Of a stretch of 47,192 nt of DNA, positions 35,612 through 47,192 are shown in pieces. Positions within the stretch are counted from its first letter, which is position 1, and every line of letters begins with the position of its first letter. A program made the translations under genes and the position numbers. The notes beneath the pieces were generated by a model. The model had not been told where the DNA came from, did no database searches, and saw only the letters and a program-made list of their open reading frames with translations. The stretch lies in NCBI GenBank assembly GCA_032718475.1, contig JAUCBJ010006490.1:1-47192 (forward strand), read 5' to 3'. The stretch is from Nemertoderma westbladi. Lineage: Eukaryota; Animalia; Xenacoelomorpha.

Positions 35612-35694
35612 TTCGGTAGTTGTAAGTCAAGTAAAGTGAGTGTCAAAGTATCAAACTTACCGTATTTTATCTAAACGGTACTAATTACAGTCAT

Positions 35695-35818
35695 ATAAAA
35701 TTAGCCTACCGGCCGATTTTATAGCAGATGGATAAAATTAGCCTAAACGGCCAATTTTACAGCAAATAAATGTCACGGAATAAGTATATAATAAAATTAG
35801 CCTAGCGGCCAATTTTAT
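35695..35818. promoter_or_regulatory. Three repeated stem-loops in the E2 leader
   Basis: ATAAAATTAGCC-loop-GGCC(G/A)ATTTTA at 35695, 35732, 35791. Confidence 0.6.
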
Positions 35819-36409
35819 AACAAATAAATCGGATAACGATATGCGTTATCAAAAGGTAAATTAAATACAATAATACGGACTAATTCAGCAATGAACAAAG
35901 AAATCATACGGAATGCATAAATACTTGAGACAGTGGAACCCACAATAATTTTTAACTAATACGGTAATGCCTAACTTATTTATGCAACTTTTCAAACTCA
36001 CCCACTCCAATAATTCTCCAGAAAAACAGATTCCCAGATACAAACCGGACGTGAACCTTTCCGTTTTTAACGTTGCGGACGAAGCGCGATTTTCCCAACC
36101 AAAGTTGTTGAGTTATCTATCTCCCAAACTTGCTAAACACGGTCTTGCTCCCGTTACAGTCTAGAAATGAGTTCTGAATCCTGAAAAACAAAAGAGTTAG
36201 GTTTTACTTTACGAAAAATTTTGTACCGGTACAATATGGTATTTAAACCCTTTTAAACACCGGTATTCAATTCCAAAAATATTTTACACGCGGTTCAAAT
36301 CAAATTTTATTTCAAAAAATTAGCGCTTAGCTAATCAAATATAAATTTTTACCTCAAAATACAAAATTTTCAAATAACTTTAGTCCTACCGAACCGTAGT
36401 TCAGTAAAA

Positions 36410-36420
36410 CACATTCCTAC
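36410..36420 (-). promoter_or_regulatory. E2 primer-binding-site position (non-tRNA; complementary to own LTR)
   Basis: Sense GTAGGAATGTG abuts the 5' LTR end; its complement CACATTCCTAC (sense) is at 39028-39038 and 20799-20809. Confidence 0.75.
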
Positions 36421-39400
36421 TATTCGAAGAGACGGTAACAATACCTGCAATATCCTACTGTAAAGTTTGTGAATCAAATCATAAATCCAACCTTCTCACC
36501 AAAACAGTAAACTTCAAGTAAGCGAATATATTGCAGTATCGATCTCTTATAACCGGTGAGGCAGAAAACAGTCTACGAGCAGACAAACTTCGATAAAACA
36601 AAATCCCGCGCAGCGAATCCTAAAATCAGGCTGACTCACTGACGGACTAAGAGGCTCGTATACTTTGCCGCGGTGTGATTTATATGGTTGGGCAAAGAGA
36701 CGCTAGCTAGGTACAGAGGCAGAGATTTGGAGATGTCTAACTAGCGGGCAAAGCACAGTACGGACAAAAGTTAATTTTATATATTTTGAGGTGTGGGGCG
36801 AGCCACGAAGTGAGTGAGCCTTAGCGTAGTGGTACCATTAATCAACCTGTCGTTCTGTCGTTCTGTCGTTCTGTCGTTCTGTCGTGTTCAATTTTAAACG
36901 TTAATAACTCGGCCAATCTTTGATGAAATCTATCCAAACTTGGTACACATGTTGTTTGGCAAAAGTTTAGAAATTTTCCAAGTAGAATTTCCGTGTGGCC
37001 TTCGAGAAGCTAAGATAATAGCAGTTAATTAGTTAATTAAGTTGATTGCGGTGAAAACGCCATTTTCAACCTGCCTTTTAAAGGAAATTAATTGTTTTAC
37101 AGTATAAGATTTAAATAATTATACTTAAAAATTATACAGATATAATCCCCATACGCCATTCTATTATAGTTTTTAATTAGTTTAAGTGATTTGCTTTAAT
37201 AAATGTGTCTTTAATTGATCTAAACGTAATTAAACCGCACAATTATTGAGTACAAATTTAATCCTTCCCATTATTGGTCAAGTCTCTGCTGGTGTGGAGC
37301 TAGCTGCTGGGAGTTGTGGCTGTAGACTAACCTGAGAGGAATTGTAATAGAGGCAACCAGTATTGCTATTCCAGCCCAATCACTGAATTGTGTTTATTAT
37401 AGGCTGGACGGGCCGCATAACCGTTCGACTATTACTACTATTGCTATCTCAGTTAAATGACAGATATAATAACATAAATACAATCCATGGCATGGCTGTT
37501 GTAGGCTTCTGAAATAGTTTATTCCACAATGTATATGTCTGGTTATTTTTTAATTGAATTTTTGCAAAGTAGTAAAATTAATGTTCTTAAAAATAATATT
37601 ATTATTTTATATGTAACCTAGGAAATTAGCTACATTTTTTCGCTGCAGCTTTAAGAGTGTACATTGATTTAATATTATTTCAATACCCATATTACTACAT
37701 CGGCATAAGATGCGTTGGCGTTGTATCACACATCTCCACATATCACACATCTCCACATAGATGTATCAACAGTTACTCGCACAGTTTCGAAACTTCGCAT
37801 AGTTATAACTGTATAAAGATCGTCAGTCTGCGTTTAGGAAAAATATTTTATGACAAAACAGGACAAGCGACGAGCGCAACGAGGCATATAATGAAGACGA
37901 GTACTGCGTTGACTAAATTATTATATAAACCACCTGGCTTCACATATTGATCGCATCCCTAGTTATTATTATTATAAAGATCGTCCTAGCTTGCGTTTAA
38001 GAAATATATTTAAATACAAAACAGGACGAACGCAAAGAGGCTTATAATGAAAACGAGTACTGCGTTTATTATATTCCTATAAACCACCTGGCTTTGCATA
38101 TTTAACGTGCGATTGGAAATAAGTTCGTGCTACCCTTCCGTGGGTGGTAGATGTCGCGGTTATGTATTGGTGGTTGGGAAGGGTGGGGGGGGGGGGGGGG
38201 GGAGATTAAAAGGGGTGAACACGTACTGTCCACCTTTCTTTGATTGATTGGTGGTGTGGGTAAATTTCTCAAAACCTGATTTTGTGATACAGTCGCTGCA
38301 TTTTAATTTGTATATAATAACTAGGCCTCGTGCTGCGCGAAGTCCCCACGAACGTGTAAATAATTTCTAACGCGCGTATGTTAATTCTGAACGGTCAAAA
38401 ACAGTTTTGCTCCTTCACATATATAATTACTGGGTACGGTGTGCATTTTACGAATATTCTAATTTTGTAACTTGTAGGTCCAATACTCACGAATGATAAG
38501 GTTCCTTCCCCTCTTACGTATTTCCAGGACTCAAATTCAGGCATAAGGTTAATGCTACGCCCAGAATTCGGCAATTTTAATTTACCAGGCCCCTAATACT
38601 AAGAAGAAATGTGTTAGTTTACTACAGTAGGCGTACAGTTACTATAATAGCTATCCTAGCGTCCTATCTAGAATTTTAGTCACCTAGGTAGGCTGGGTAA
38701 CTTCCTATCAAGACGTTGGCGGGGACATGGTAGATGTTAGTATATCCCTAATAGCCTCAATTTATTTGCGCCTAGTTGTAAACTGCCCTACCGCCTGAAC
38801 GGTACAATCCCAATTCAGGTGAAAACACAGCAACCCTCCTAGCCTACAAGTTCTGATGCAATGGACACTGTGGTACTACAAATAGTCGCACACGCACCTG
38901 TACTTAGCAAGAGTTAGGCGTACAGTTTGCTGCACCCTACCAATTTGTATGCTTCGTACCGGTGTGCCTACGTCCTATCTGCGTACTAGTATCTGCCTGC
39001 TCTCTCTCTCTCCCCCCCCCCCCCCCCGTAGGAATGTGAAGGTCTACTGTGGTTTTTTCCTGAATCAAGACAGTACAGTCCCTAAGATGTAATTTTAGGC
39101 TTACAGCGTGTCACTACTTCTACCTTTTGATCTTTGGTCTTACGCTTAGGTAGCAAGGCGTCGAACGCTGTCTAACCTTTCAGGCGATGGGCGAATAACT
39201 CAAGATGGTATTGCGGGTTGTCTCTTGTCTACATTCCCGTGATGTTCCCGTTCATTGCTGCGGCCCGATCTCTAGCCGGCCATCCTGTTCCTAAAGGTGT
39301 TCACCGTAGTGAATCATGGTGAAAGAAAAGCAGATAGCGGTATTTCTGAATTTATTGCAGATAATAATATAAAATGTAATCTGAAAACTAATGACAGAAT

Positions 39401-39905
39401 AAACAAATATTAGATAACTCAGATATACGAATATGGTTAGAGTAATTGAGAGATAACTAATGAACGAAATCGCACCTTTATATAGCAAATTTGTGCTGCA
39501 ATCAATCGAGAAAATTCTCGATTGTTCTATAGGTTCTAACATGTTTTTAAAGATAACTATTGGTCCAGCTAATATATAACTTGCACGACATTGGTTACAA
39601 TCAAATAACTACAGTCTCATTGGTTAATCTAGGTACAAACGAATGCAATTTAATTTGTAGCGGTTAATTTAAATGAGTTGAAATTCTGTACAAAAAATAA
39701 TTCGCACTTACTAGGATTCGAACTCAATACCTACTACACATATAATTTCCAACGCTCTACCGACTGAGCTACTGAACCACTTGACCAATAGGCGTACAAA
39801 TGATAGAACAAATACGAATGAGAACTCAAAGCAATCTTTTACAAAGTTAATTCGAATAAAATAAAATTTTGAAAATCCACGGCATTTAGGGAATATAATT
39901 CTATA
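36421..39905 (-). repeat. E2 5' LTR, interrupted by a 1.56-kb insertion
   Basis: Direct repeat of 19763-21676 on both sides of 36795-38353. Confidence 0.95.
36795..38353 (+). mobile_element. Non-coding insertion in the E2 5' LTR (DINE/Helentron-associated-like)
   Basis: Absent from the 3' LTR; GTGT duplicated at 36791-36794 and 38354-38357; GTGGGG..CCCCAC subterminal inversion; (CTGTCGTT)n near the 5' end; internal duplication ~37810-38100. Confidence 0.75.
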
Positions 39906-40439
39906 ATCGAACTCCTATCATTTTTCTCCAACGGCCTCGGCCGAGCTATTAACACCATCCCAGCCAACGGTGACGCGTATAACAATTTACCCGGTCGGGA
40001 TCTCTGATCCCGTCACATATATTAACATATTTCACTTTTAGTAACTTGAACTACAGGTAGTAATCTCATGTGCAAGTCCGTCTTATATTATATGTAAATT
40101 TGTTTCTTCTGGATCTGTATTCATACTGCATACTGACATACCGGTACCACATTTACTTTAGTATTGTTTTCATATTTCAGTATTTTGATGTCAATAACGT
40201 ACTGCCAGACTGCAGTACTGGTACCGGTACTGTTGTAATAATTGTTTGGCCTAATTCAGTAATTTTAATTCTGTATTGGCACTTGGCTGCTTGGCAGATT
40301 GGTAATGCAGTAACTGAGTAATGCCGCGAATCCTATGACAGTACGATATTATGACAACCGGAAGTTTTCTGTACAGCTGTAGGCCTATATAAATAGAAAC
40401 CGGTTCGTGTTCGGCTCTTCGGCAGTCGGCATCGGCACC

Positions 40440-40673
40440 ATGGGTAATGTTCATACAGCGGGACCCAGTGAGGCGTTAGTCGTGTCTGGTGGCTGCGGAG
40501 CACAAGATTCCGACAAGAAACGATACATATCCGGTGGCTACGCGTGGGCCTGGTGTTGTGTTACTGATGTACAGAAAATATCCCTCGCTATTATGTCTCT
40601 GACGCCTCGTTGCGAAATGGTAGAGACAGCGGAAGGGGTTCCGCTAACAGTTACAGGAATCGCACAGTGCAAG
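40440..40673 (+). CDS. FLOT2: Flotillin-2, exon 1
   Basis: MGNVHTAGPSEALVVSGGCG..GGYAWAW..VETAEGVPLTVTGIAQCK; Kozak ACCATGG; donor AAG|GTTAGG. Confidence 0.93.
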
Positions 40674-41617
40674 GTTAGGTTCTGAGGTTTCAGGTTTGTC
40701 TGTCAGTCTGTTAGGCCTACTCTGTTACCGGTCCGCCGCCGCCGATCGGTACCGGTAGCTGCGCTGGCTGGCTGGGTAGTGAAGTTCTAACGCCATGCAA
40801 CCATCTGGCAGTCTGGCCATGAACTCAGCACAGTGCAGAAGTGCTGCAGTGCAAGTTGGGTGAAGTTTAGGTAAGCACAGAAGTACTGAAAGTACAAAGT
40901 AGGCTGGAATTGGAATTGGAATTATTTATTTGACAAACGAAGTAAAGTATAAACATACCGACATATATACATATATACATACTGTATGTATAAGTAGATA
41001 TAAACACAACGATTAAGAAAATGATATACTGTATGGTAAGGCAGAGTGCACATTACGTACATAAATTAAATTAGATACAATTATTTTCTAGGCCTAGCAT
41101 GCCTAGTCAGGCTGTCAGTTACAGAGTTAAATAAATTGGAGATGAGCTGTTTTGAGCATTTTTTCCACTCCTGAACAAACCCCATAATACTGTAATAGTT
41201 ACAGAGTTAGCAGGTTAGTCATTAGTGCATGTAGTGATGTAGTGAGGTGAGAGATATGCTATGGGATCCCTAAACCAGTAAACAATTTCACAAGGCTTCG
41301 CTCTCCCTCCATCGAAACTGGCGAATGCTGGAATGCCAATATTCAATACAGCAATATACTGATATGATATGAACATCGCTACGTATACAGACATACCTGC
41401 ATACGCCTTTCAACAGATATGTCCATTTCACCAACTAAAACACCTTACTGCCTTAAGATTAAGAACATCAATAAAATAAAGAACGAACACATTACTGCAT
41501 TAAACTAAACCAGTAAACGTATGTTATGTTTACGTACATCAGCAATCGAATCGATACTATGACAACGACATTTATAAGCGATATTTTTAGTTTTGGTTAG
41601 TATTTATTTCCCTTTAG

Positions 41618-41764
41618 GTTATGGCGGAGTATGATTTATTGGTTATGGCTTGCGAACAGCTGTTAGGTAAAACTAAAGAAGAGATAGGCTATCTTGTAAT
41701 ACAGACCCTGGAGGGTCATTTGCGTTCAATACTGGGAACGCTAACAGTGGAGGCTGTTTTTCAG
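41618..41764 (+). CDS. FLOT2: Flotillin-2, exon 2
   Basis: TTTAG|VMAEYDLLVMACEQLLGK..QTLEGHLRSILGTLTVEAVFQ|GTGGG; 147 nt, phase 0. Confidence 0.93.
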
Positions 41765-41838
41765 GTGGGTTCTGGAATGTTAGCCGATTCATTATAATAC
41801 ACAATCGCATATTGTTATATATAACCATTAACCATATA

Positions 41839-42739
41839 CACCATGACCCGTAATATAGTGTCATTTTCTGATTACACGGACCCCCCCCCCCCAAATTTTT
41901 CTTCAAATCTTTATCATATTGCTTGAAATTTGAAACACAACTAGTTCAACTCACCGTGGTTGTTACCATGAAGCCGGAATTTTCGATTTCGCCTTTAAAG
42001 TTTATTTATAAGCGTTTTAAAAAAGTGTCTTTTGCGAAATCACACCCTCTGAATCATTGCCATTCTTCACTTTAGTCGTAATTTTTTCACATCAATAGAA
42101 AGCTTGCGTTGCAAGGATTCCAAATATGTAACAAAGTCTGAATTTCGTTGAGAAACAGCTGAGAAATAGGCATTCAAAGATTGCAAGAATTATTGTTCAC
42201 TGCAGGCCATTTATTCTATTTAATAAAATTCACAATATTCTGGAACAATTTGTTTATGTATGATTAGCTAGGCAATATAGATATTGTATAGGCATACCGC
42301 TGTTGCCTACCAACTCATAAAATAAATAACACGTTCTAGAATTTTGTGTATTTATTATATAGAATAAATGGCTTGCAGCGAACAATAATTCTTGCAATCT
42401 TTGAACGCCTATTTCTCAGCTGTTTCTCAATGAAATTCAGATATTGCTACATATTTGGAATCCTTTCAACGCAAGCTTTCTATTGATATGAAAATATTAC
42501 GAATAAAGTGAAGAATGGCAATGATACAGAGGGTGCAATTTCGCCAAAGACACTTTCTTAAAACGCTTATAAATAAAATTTAAAGGCGAAATCGAAATTT
42601 CCGGCTTCATGGTAACAACCACGGTGAGTTGAACTAGTTGTGTTTAAAATTTCAAACAATATGATAAAGATTTGTAGAAAAATTTGGGGGGGGGGGGTCC
42701 GTGTCATCAGAAAATGACACTATATTACGGGTCATTGTG
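41839..42739. mobile_element. Foldback MITE with TA TSD (Tc1/mariner-like) in flotillin intron 2
   Basis: TA|CACCATGACCCGTAATATAGTGTCATTTTCTGA...TCAGAAAATGACACTATATTACGGGTCATTGTG|TA; ~400-bp arms. Confidence 0.85.
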
Positions 42740-43109
42740 TAATATGTGATAGAGATATGTTGTTGACTGATATGTTAAAATGTTAATTATTTTTGTTTAT
42801 AATACCGGTATGTTTATGATTCTAAAATACTAACATATAATAGTACCGGTATATACTATACAGTTTCACAATTTCCACTATTATTGAGTCTACTAGGCCT
42901 ATTATATTATCATTATAAATTATAATTTTCATTGATTTCTTATTATAAAGATTAAATAAGTTTATTTCAATTTAATTGAATTCAATTTATTTATTTTCTT
43001 TCACTTATGAACTTATGAAGTTGTTTTGGGTAAAACAATTTATGATAATATGTTTGGAGCGAAACAGGTTAATTAGTATGGTAATAAATATACACTGATT
43101 GTTTTTGTA

Positions 43110-43700
43110 AGATGTTAAAGTGAATTGATAAAAATCAGTTTATAAGCCTTAGAGAATGTGTTTCTTGTTTTTTCGTCTTGAATTCAGTGGTTACAGCGTT
43201 CCAGAGGGTTGGTCCTTGGTAACGAATGGAGGTTAGGGGGGAAGTTAACCTACATAAAGGGACAGTGTAGCCGGAGGAGGTAGCCAAGCGGGTTGAATAG
43301 CCATGATAAATATCCTTGAATAGTTTGCCAATTTGGGAGAAGTGGAGGGAATTGAGTTGTTGTTAAAATCGTACATAAGTAATGCAGATTGGTGCTCGTA
43401 TAGGTGTTCAAGAGGTAAGATGGATAAATATTTATAGATAGGGTTAGACGATGATCGGCAATAAGAAAAGGTGATACAGCGCATTATATTGTTGATTTTC
43501 GTTTGCAAGGGATTAAGAGAAAAGGAATGGGTTTTATCCCAAATTAAAATTTCGTAAAATAGATAAGGGTGGATTAGGGAGAAGTAAAGCTGACGAAGAA
43601 TGTTTAAAGGAAAAATATATCTTAGTTTGTAAAATAAACACCCAATTTTTTAGATTTTCTTAATTATGGAGTTAATGTGCGGTTTCCAGGAGAGATTGTA
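43110..43700 (-). mobile_element. CR1/L2-group LINE 3' fragment
   Basis: WKPHINSI..YKLRYIFPLNILRQLYFSLIHPYLFY..W..LQTKINNIMRCITFS..LSILPL, typical of the post-RT region. Confidence 0.7.
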
Positions 43701-44030
43701 TTAATTTATTTTATTTTGGGTTGTTTTATTAATTTGTTTCTGAGTTTCATCAACTACTATTTTAATTTTTATCGAGAAATATCGTTATATTATCGGACTT
43801 GGAGTCAATTCTGACTATCTTTATTAATTAAATAATCGACCAAATTATAAAACGAAACATCAAACAGCTATATTTAATATTATTATTGAGGCCGGGAAAA
43901 TTAACATCTAGTATATTAAAATAATAATAATGTATTTCGTTGAATTGTAGTAAGGATTTGGATTTTTATACAAAATGTATTAAATAGTGAACCTATTACA
44001 TCCCCCCCCCCCCCCCCCCCCCCCCCTCAG

Positions 44031-44342
44031 GATCGCGATCAGTTCGCTAAACTCGTCCGAGAAGTCGCCGCTCCGGACGTCGGTAAAATCGGAATAGAGA
44101 TCCTCTCCTTCACCATTAAGGACGTCTTCGACAACGTTGACTACCTCGACTCGCTGGGCCGCGCGCAGACCGCGAACGTTAAACGGAACGCGGCGATATC
44201 GGTGGCGGAGGCGGAGCGGGACTCCGGGATCCGGCAGTCGGAATGCGACAAGGAACGGCTGGACGCCCGCTTCAAGGCCGACACGCTGATAGCCGACAGT
44301 AAACGAGGGTTCGATATGAAACAGGCCGATTTCGACGCCGAG
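44031..44342 (+). CDS. FLOT2: Flotillin-2, exon 3 (no later exon recognised in the window)
   Basis: poly-C..TCAG|DRDQFAKLVREVAAPDVGKIGIEILSFTIKDVFDNVDYLDSLGRAQTA..EAERDSGI..; donor GAG|GTAATC (alternative ~11 nt later). Confidence 0.93.
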
Positions 44343-44913
44343 GTAATCAACCGGTATTAAGTTACGGGTTGTTATTAATCGGTTCTAGAATCCACAACCG
44401 GTACCGGTGCACTGCAAATTTTAACGAAAATAATTATCGAATCAGAATTATTTGGAGATTATATACAGAAATCGAAACCTTAAAGTCATAGCGGTAGACG
44501 TAGTTGTTTGCCAGTCAGAGTGTCTGTCCGTCAAAAAAATAAGAAAGGACAGTAACAAATTATAATTTTCGCTACCGCTATGTGGGTTTTATGGGGGAAG
44601 TCGGGACATTTCTGATGTCCGTTTTTACGTTAAATATGATTTAGATTATCTGTCTGTCCGTTTGTCTGTCTGTCTGTCCGTTTGTCTGTCTGTCTGTCAG
44701 TAGAACAATGACAGTCTAGATTTCATAAACCGCGACTATTAAGAAATTAAATTACCGACCATAAAAACACAGTGATAACTTTTCATTTATGGTGTCCTTC
44801 CTTGTTTTTGTCAGTCAGATGGACCGACAGACATACAGACAGATTTAAAGACAGTCTAGATTCTTCCAAACCTGAAAATTAACATATGAAATAAAATCAC
44901 AGACCATGAAAAC

Positions 44914-46033
44914 TAGGGGTGTGTCGGATAGCCGGCCGGATTTTGAGAAAAAAACCGGCTCCGGCCGGATTTCAATTTTTTGGCCGGATTTCCATTTCAA
45001 CGAATTGTTGACAAAATTTACAATTAATGTGAATTTAAAAAAAAAAATAACATTAATTATCATTCAAATTCACACAAATTTAAATATAAGCAAATACAAT
45101 GGAATACAATACAATTGTTTCATAGTTTGTATCAAATTCATTCATATCATAAATATGATAAGTCTAAAGCATAGCTATGATTTTATGACTATCTACTATC
45201 GACATGCTGAGCTGACTGACTTCTTTTTGCCAAGAATATATTTTGTATTTGGTTTGGCTTAGCCTCACTATATATATATAATAATAGTACACGTATGCAG
45301 ACACTATATAACATTGGAGGTGTCTCATTGGTTCCCCCAATCTTGACACTAGAACATAATCGCCTCTGCTTTGCAGGACATTGCTTTCGCCGTGAGGACC
45401 AGCCAGTGCATAATCTTGTACTTTGGCAGCCTCATGGAGTGAATAAGCATGGTGGACAGCCCATGACTTTCTTGAGACGCATCTTAAAGGACACTGGCCT
45501 TGAAGATGCGGATGATCTAGCAAATGTCATGGGTGATAGGGATTTGTGGTGTCGCAATTTTGTCGACAAGCCGGATAATCATTTTTAAAAATGCAGCTGC
45601 AATGCAGCATGTCGATCCTAGTACACGTATATATGCCCAGCCCATATACTAATTATAACTAGTCAATAATTATTATATTGTGCCAGCCAGCTCGCAAGCG
45701 TTGATGTTATGTCTAGCTGTATTGTTATAAATTGAGACCGTGATTGACCAGTTTATATATTCGACGGTCAATTTAGAAACTCTAGTAAATACAATTTAAC
45801 TCAGAGAGTATAAAAAACTACAGGGATTATTATATATATACTTGTTCTATTTTTCAATTTGTACTTTATTTCATTTAATTTCCATATTTTACATTTAACA
45901 ACATCAAATCAACTCATTATATATCAAATTAGCAAATATCAAATCGGCGTAGGTTATAGTGCAAATGCTTGTGTTGATATATAAAAAAATCCAGCTTGGC
46001 CGGTTTGAAAAAGGTCAATCCGGCACCGCCCTA
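44914..46033. mobile_element. Non-autonomous hAT-like element
   Basis: TAGGGGTGTGTCGGAT / ATCCGGCACCGCCCTA imperfect TIRs, 8-bp TSD ATGAAAAC (44906-44913, 46034-46041), subterminal CCGG motifs. Confidence 0.85.
45300..45612 (+). mobile_element. RTE-like LINE 3' fragment nested in the hAT element
   Basis: RLCFAGHCFRREDQPVHNLVLWQP..GGQPMTF..KDTGL..MGDRDLW; same family as 5248-5510. Confidence 0.7.
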
Positions 46034-47192
46034 ATGAAAACCCACTTATCGAAAACCTTATTTTAGTGGTGTGATTCCTTATTTTGTGACTGACAGACAA
46101 ATAAACACCATACAGTATACAGAAGATTCACGCCAATGTAAAAACTAACATCGGAAGTGAAATCACCGACAATGAAAACCCCTACAGCGACATTGTTGGT
46201 AAGGTGGTGTCTTTTCATTCCGAATTATTGGCACATAATATATGAAAAATCTAAACAGATAAATTTGGCGGGAAGGTTTAAAATATTTGAATGGCTTTTT
46301 CTCTAAAAGTACCAGATGGAACTTTATTAAATTTTGAATGAATTAATTTTCATTATGAAACTCCTTAGCGCTGTATTATAATTGTATATAAAGCCTTAGG
46401 AGATGATCATCGATGAGATTATAGAATTCAGATATAATATTCGAGAACATTTTTGGTAATTTTGAATGTCCCCCCCCGGGGCACGAAAAAATAAGTAGTG
46501 CAAATATGATAATGAAAAGTCACCCCCAGATAAGATTAAGTTTAGTGAATTTTATTTAGTGTATTTATCTACCTACACACCGATCCGATTCCGGCATGTT
46601 GAATTCTGGTTCCGGCCGGAATCAAAATATAGATTCCGGGACATCCCTAATACGAATGCTTTAGACTTCCCAGTTAACCCCCCCCCCCCCCCCCCGGTTA
46701 TTATGTATGAATGGCATTAGGTCCATGTATCATAAGTATAGCATCGGTTGGGTCACTGCGTCGCCGCACTTATCGAAATATTTCGTGGTACTAAATTCTT
46801 GAATTATTTTATAAATGGTATCATGTAAATAAAATAGTTCTAGAATTATAAGTAATTTGGATTTGCTAAACCTTGGGCACACATTGCTAAGATAACATGT
46901 TCTATAGAACATTTTGCTAACATGTAATATTAATAAATTATATTATAATTGTAAATACTAGTAGTATAAAATATCCGGTCTATCGGGAGAAAAAGTTACA
47001 AGTAACCTATAGGATTGTATTGATTTTACTTTTTTTCCCGGCTCAAAAGGTAAAATAATTCATTTTTGGTGGAATTTCTCAACACACTCAGTTATTGCAA
47101 CTTTAGTGTCTGCAAGGCGAACTCCAAAACGGAACTCAAATATCCAATATTGGTTTATGTAGTTAAGCGGCTCTCTAGTTACGTAATAAATA

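Larger units (their letters stand above)
19763..39905 (-). mobile_element. E2: full-length Bel/Pao LTR retrotransposon with accessory ORF
   Basis: 1914-bp LTRs nearly identical, TSD ATCGA (19758-19762, 39906-39910), gag-PR-RT-RH-IN order with Bel/Pao motifs. Confidence 0.97.
19128..40017 (+). mobile_element. Older LTR (~740 bp: 19128-19762 plus 39911-40017) split by E2; related to the solo LTR at 3584
   Basis: TGTAAGCGG..CAATTCCGCTA start after a PPT-like GGGGGAG; GATCCCGTCACA end at 40017; both ends and ATATTAGCCAAT.GGGGG match the 3584-4134 LTR inverted. Confidence 0.7.

Noticed and set aside
40440-40460. Flotillin-2 lacking Cys4 (MGNVH versus vertebrate MGNCH)
   Set aside because: A non-Cys residue here also occurs in invertebrate flotillin-2; Gly2 is retained.
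40130-40760. Frequent short palindromes (TACCGGTA, TAGGCCTA, TACTGTA/TACAGTA)
   Set aside because: Scattered across the whole window, so probably a genome-wide compositional trait; cannot be tested without background counts.
44470-46650. Degenerate CTGT-bearing repeat around the hAT element and a lone hAT-like end at ~46580-46649
   Set aside because: Boundaries and TSDs could not be defined with confidence.

Overview
AT-rich, intron-containing animal (probably invertebrate) genomic DNA dominated by nested transposons. Host genes are a two-exon EamA/SLC35G-like transporter (3048-5060, +) and the first three exons of flotillin-2 (from 40440, +). Between them lie two young Bel/Pao LTR retrotransposons on the minus strand. 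E1 (8012-17413, TSD GAAGA) is internally deleted. E2 (19763-39905, TSD ATCGA) is full length. The strongest signal is that neither element has a tRNA-type primer-binding site. In both, the 11 nt abutting the 5' LTR are the exact reverse complement of an 11-mer inside the element's own LTR, the geometry of Tf1/sushi-type self-priming, which I do not know from Bel/Pao. E2 also has TA...TA LTR ends, an accessory ORF with a DEDDy-type 3'-5' exonuclease and three CCHC knuckles (its N-terminus is also found, decayed, in E1), a tRNA-like Pol III unit in the LTR, and a 17-nt motif dispersed 11 times across two reading frames and UTRs. Other repeats: a Copia RNase H remnant, a solo LTR, foldback MITEs (TTAA and TA TSDs), a hAT element, LINE 3' fragments and a (CAGA)n microsatellite. 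All calls are by eye; no database searches were run.
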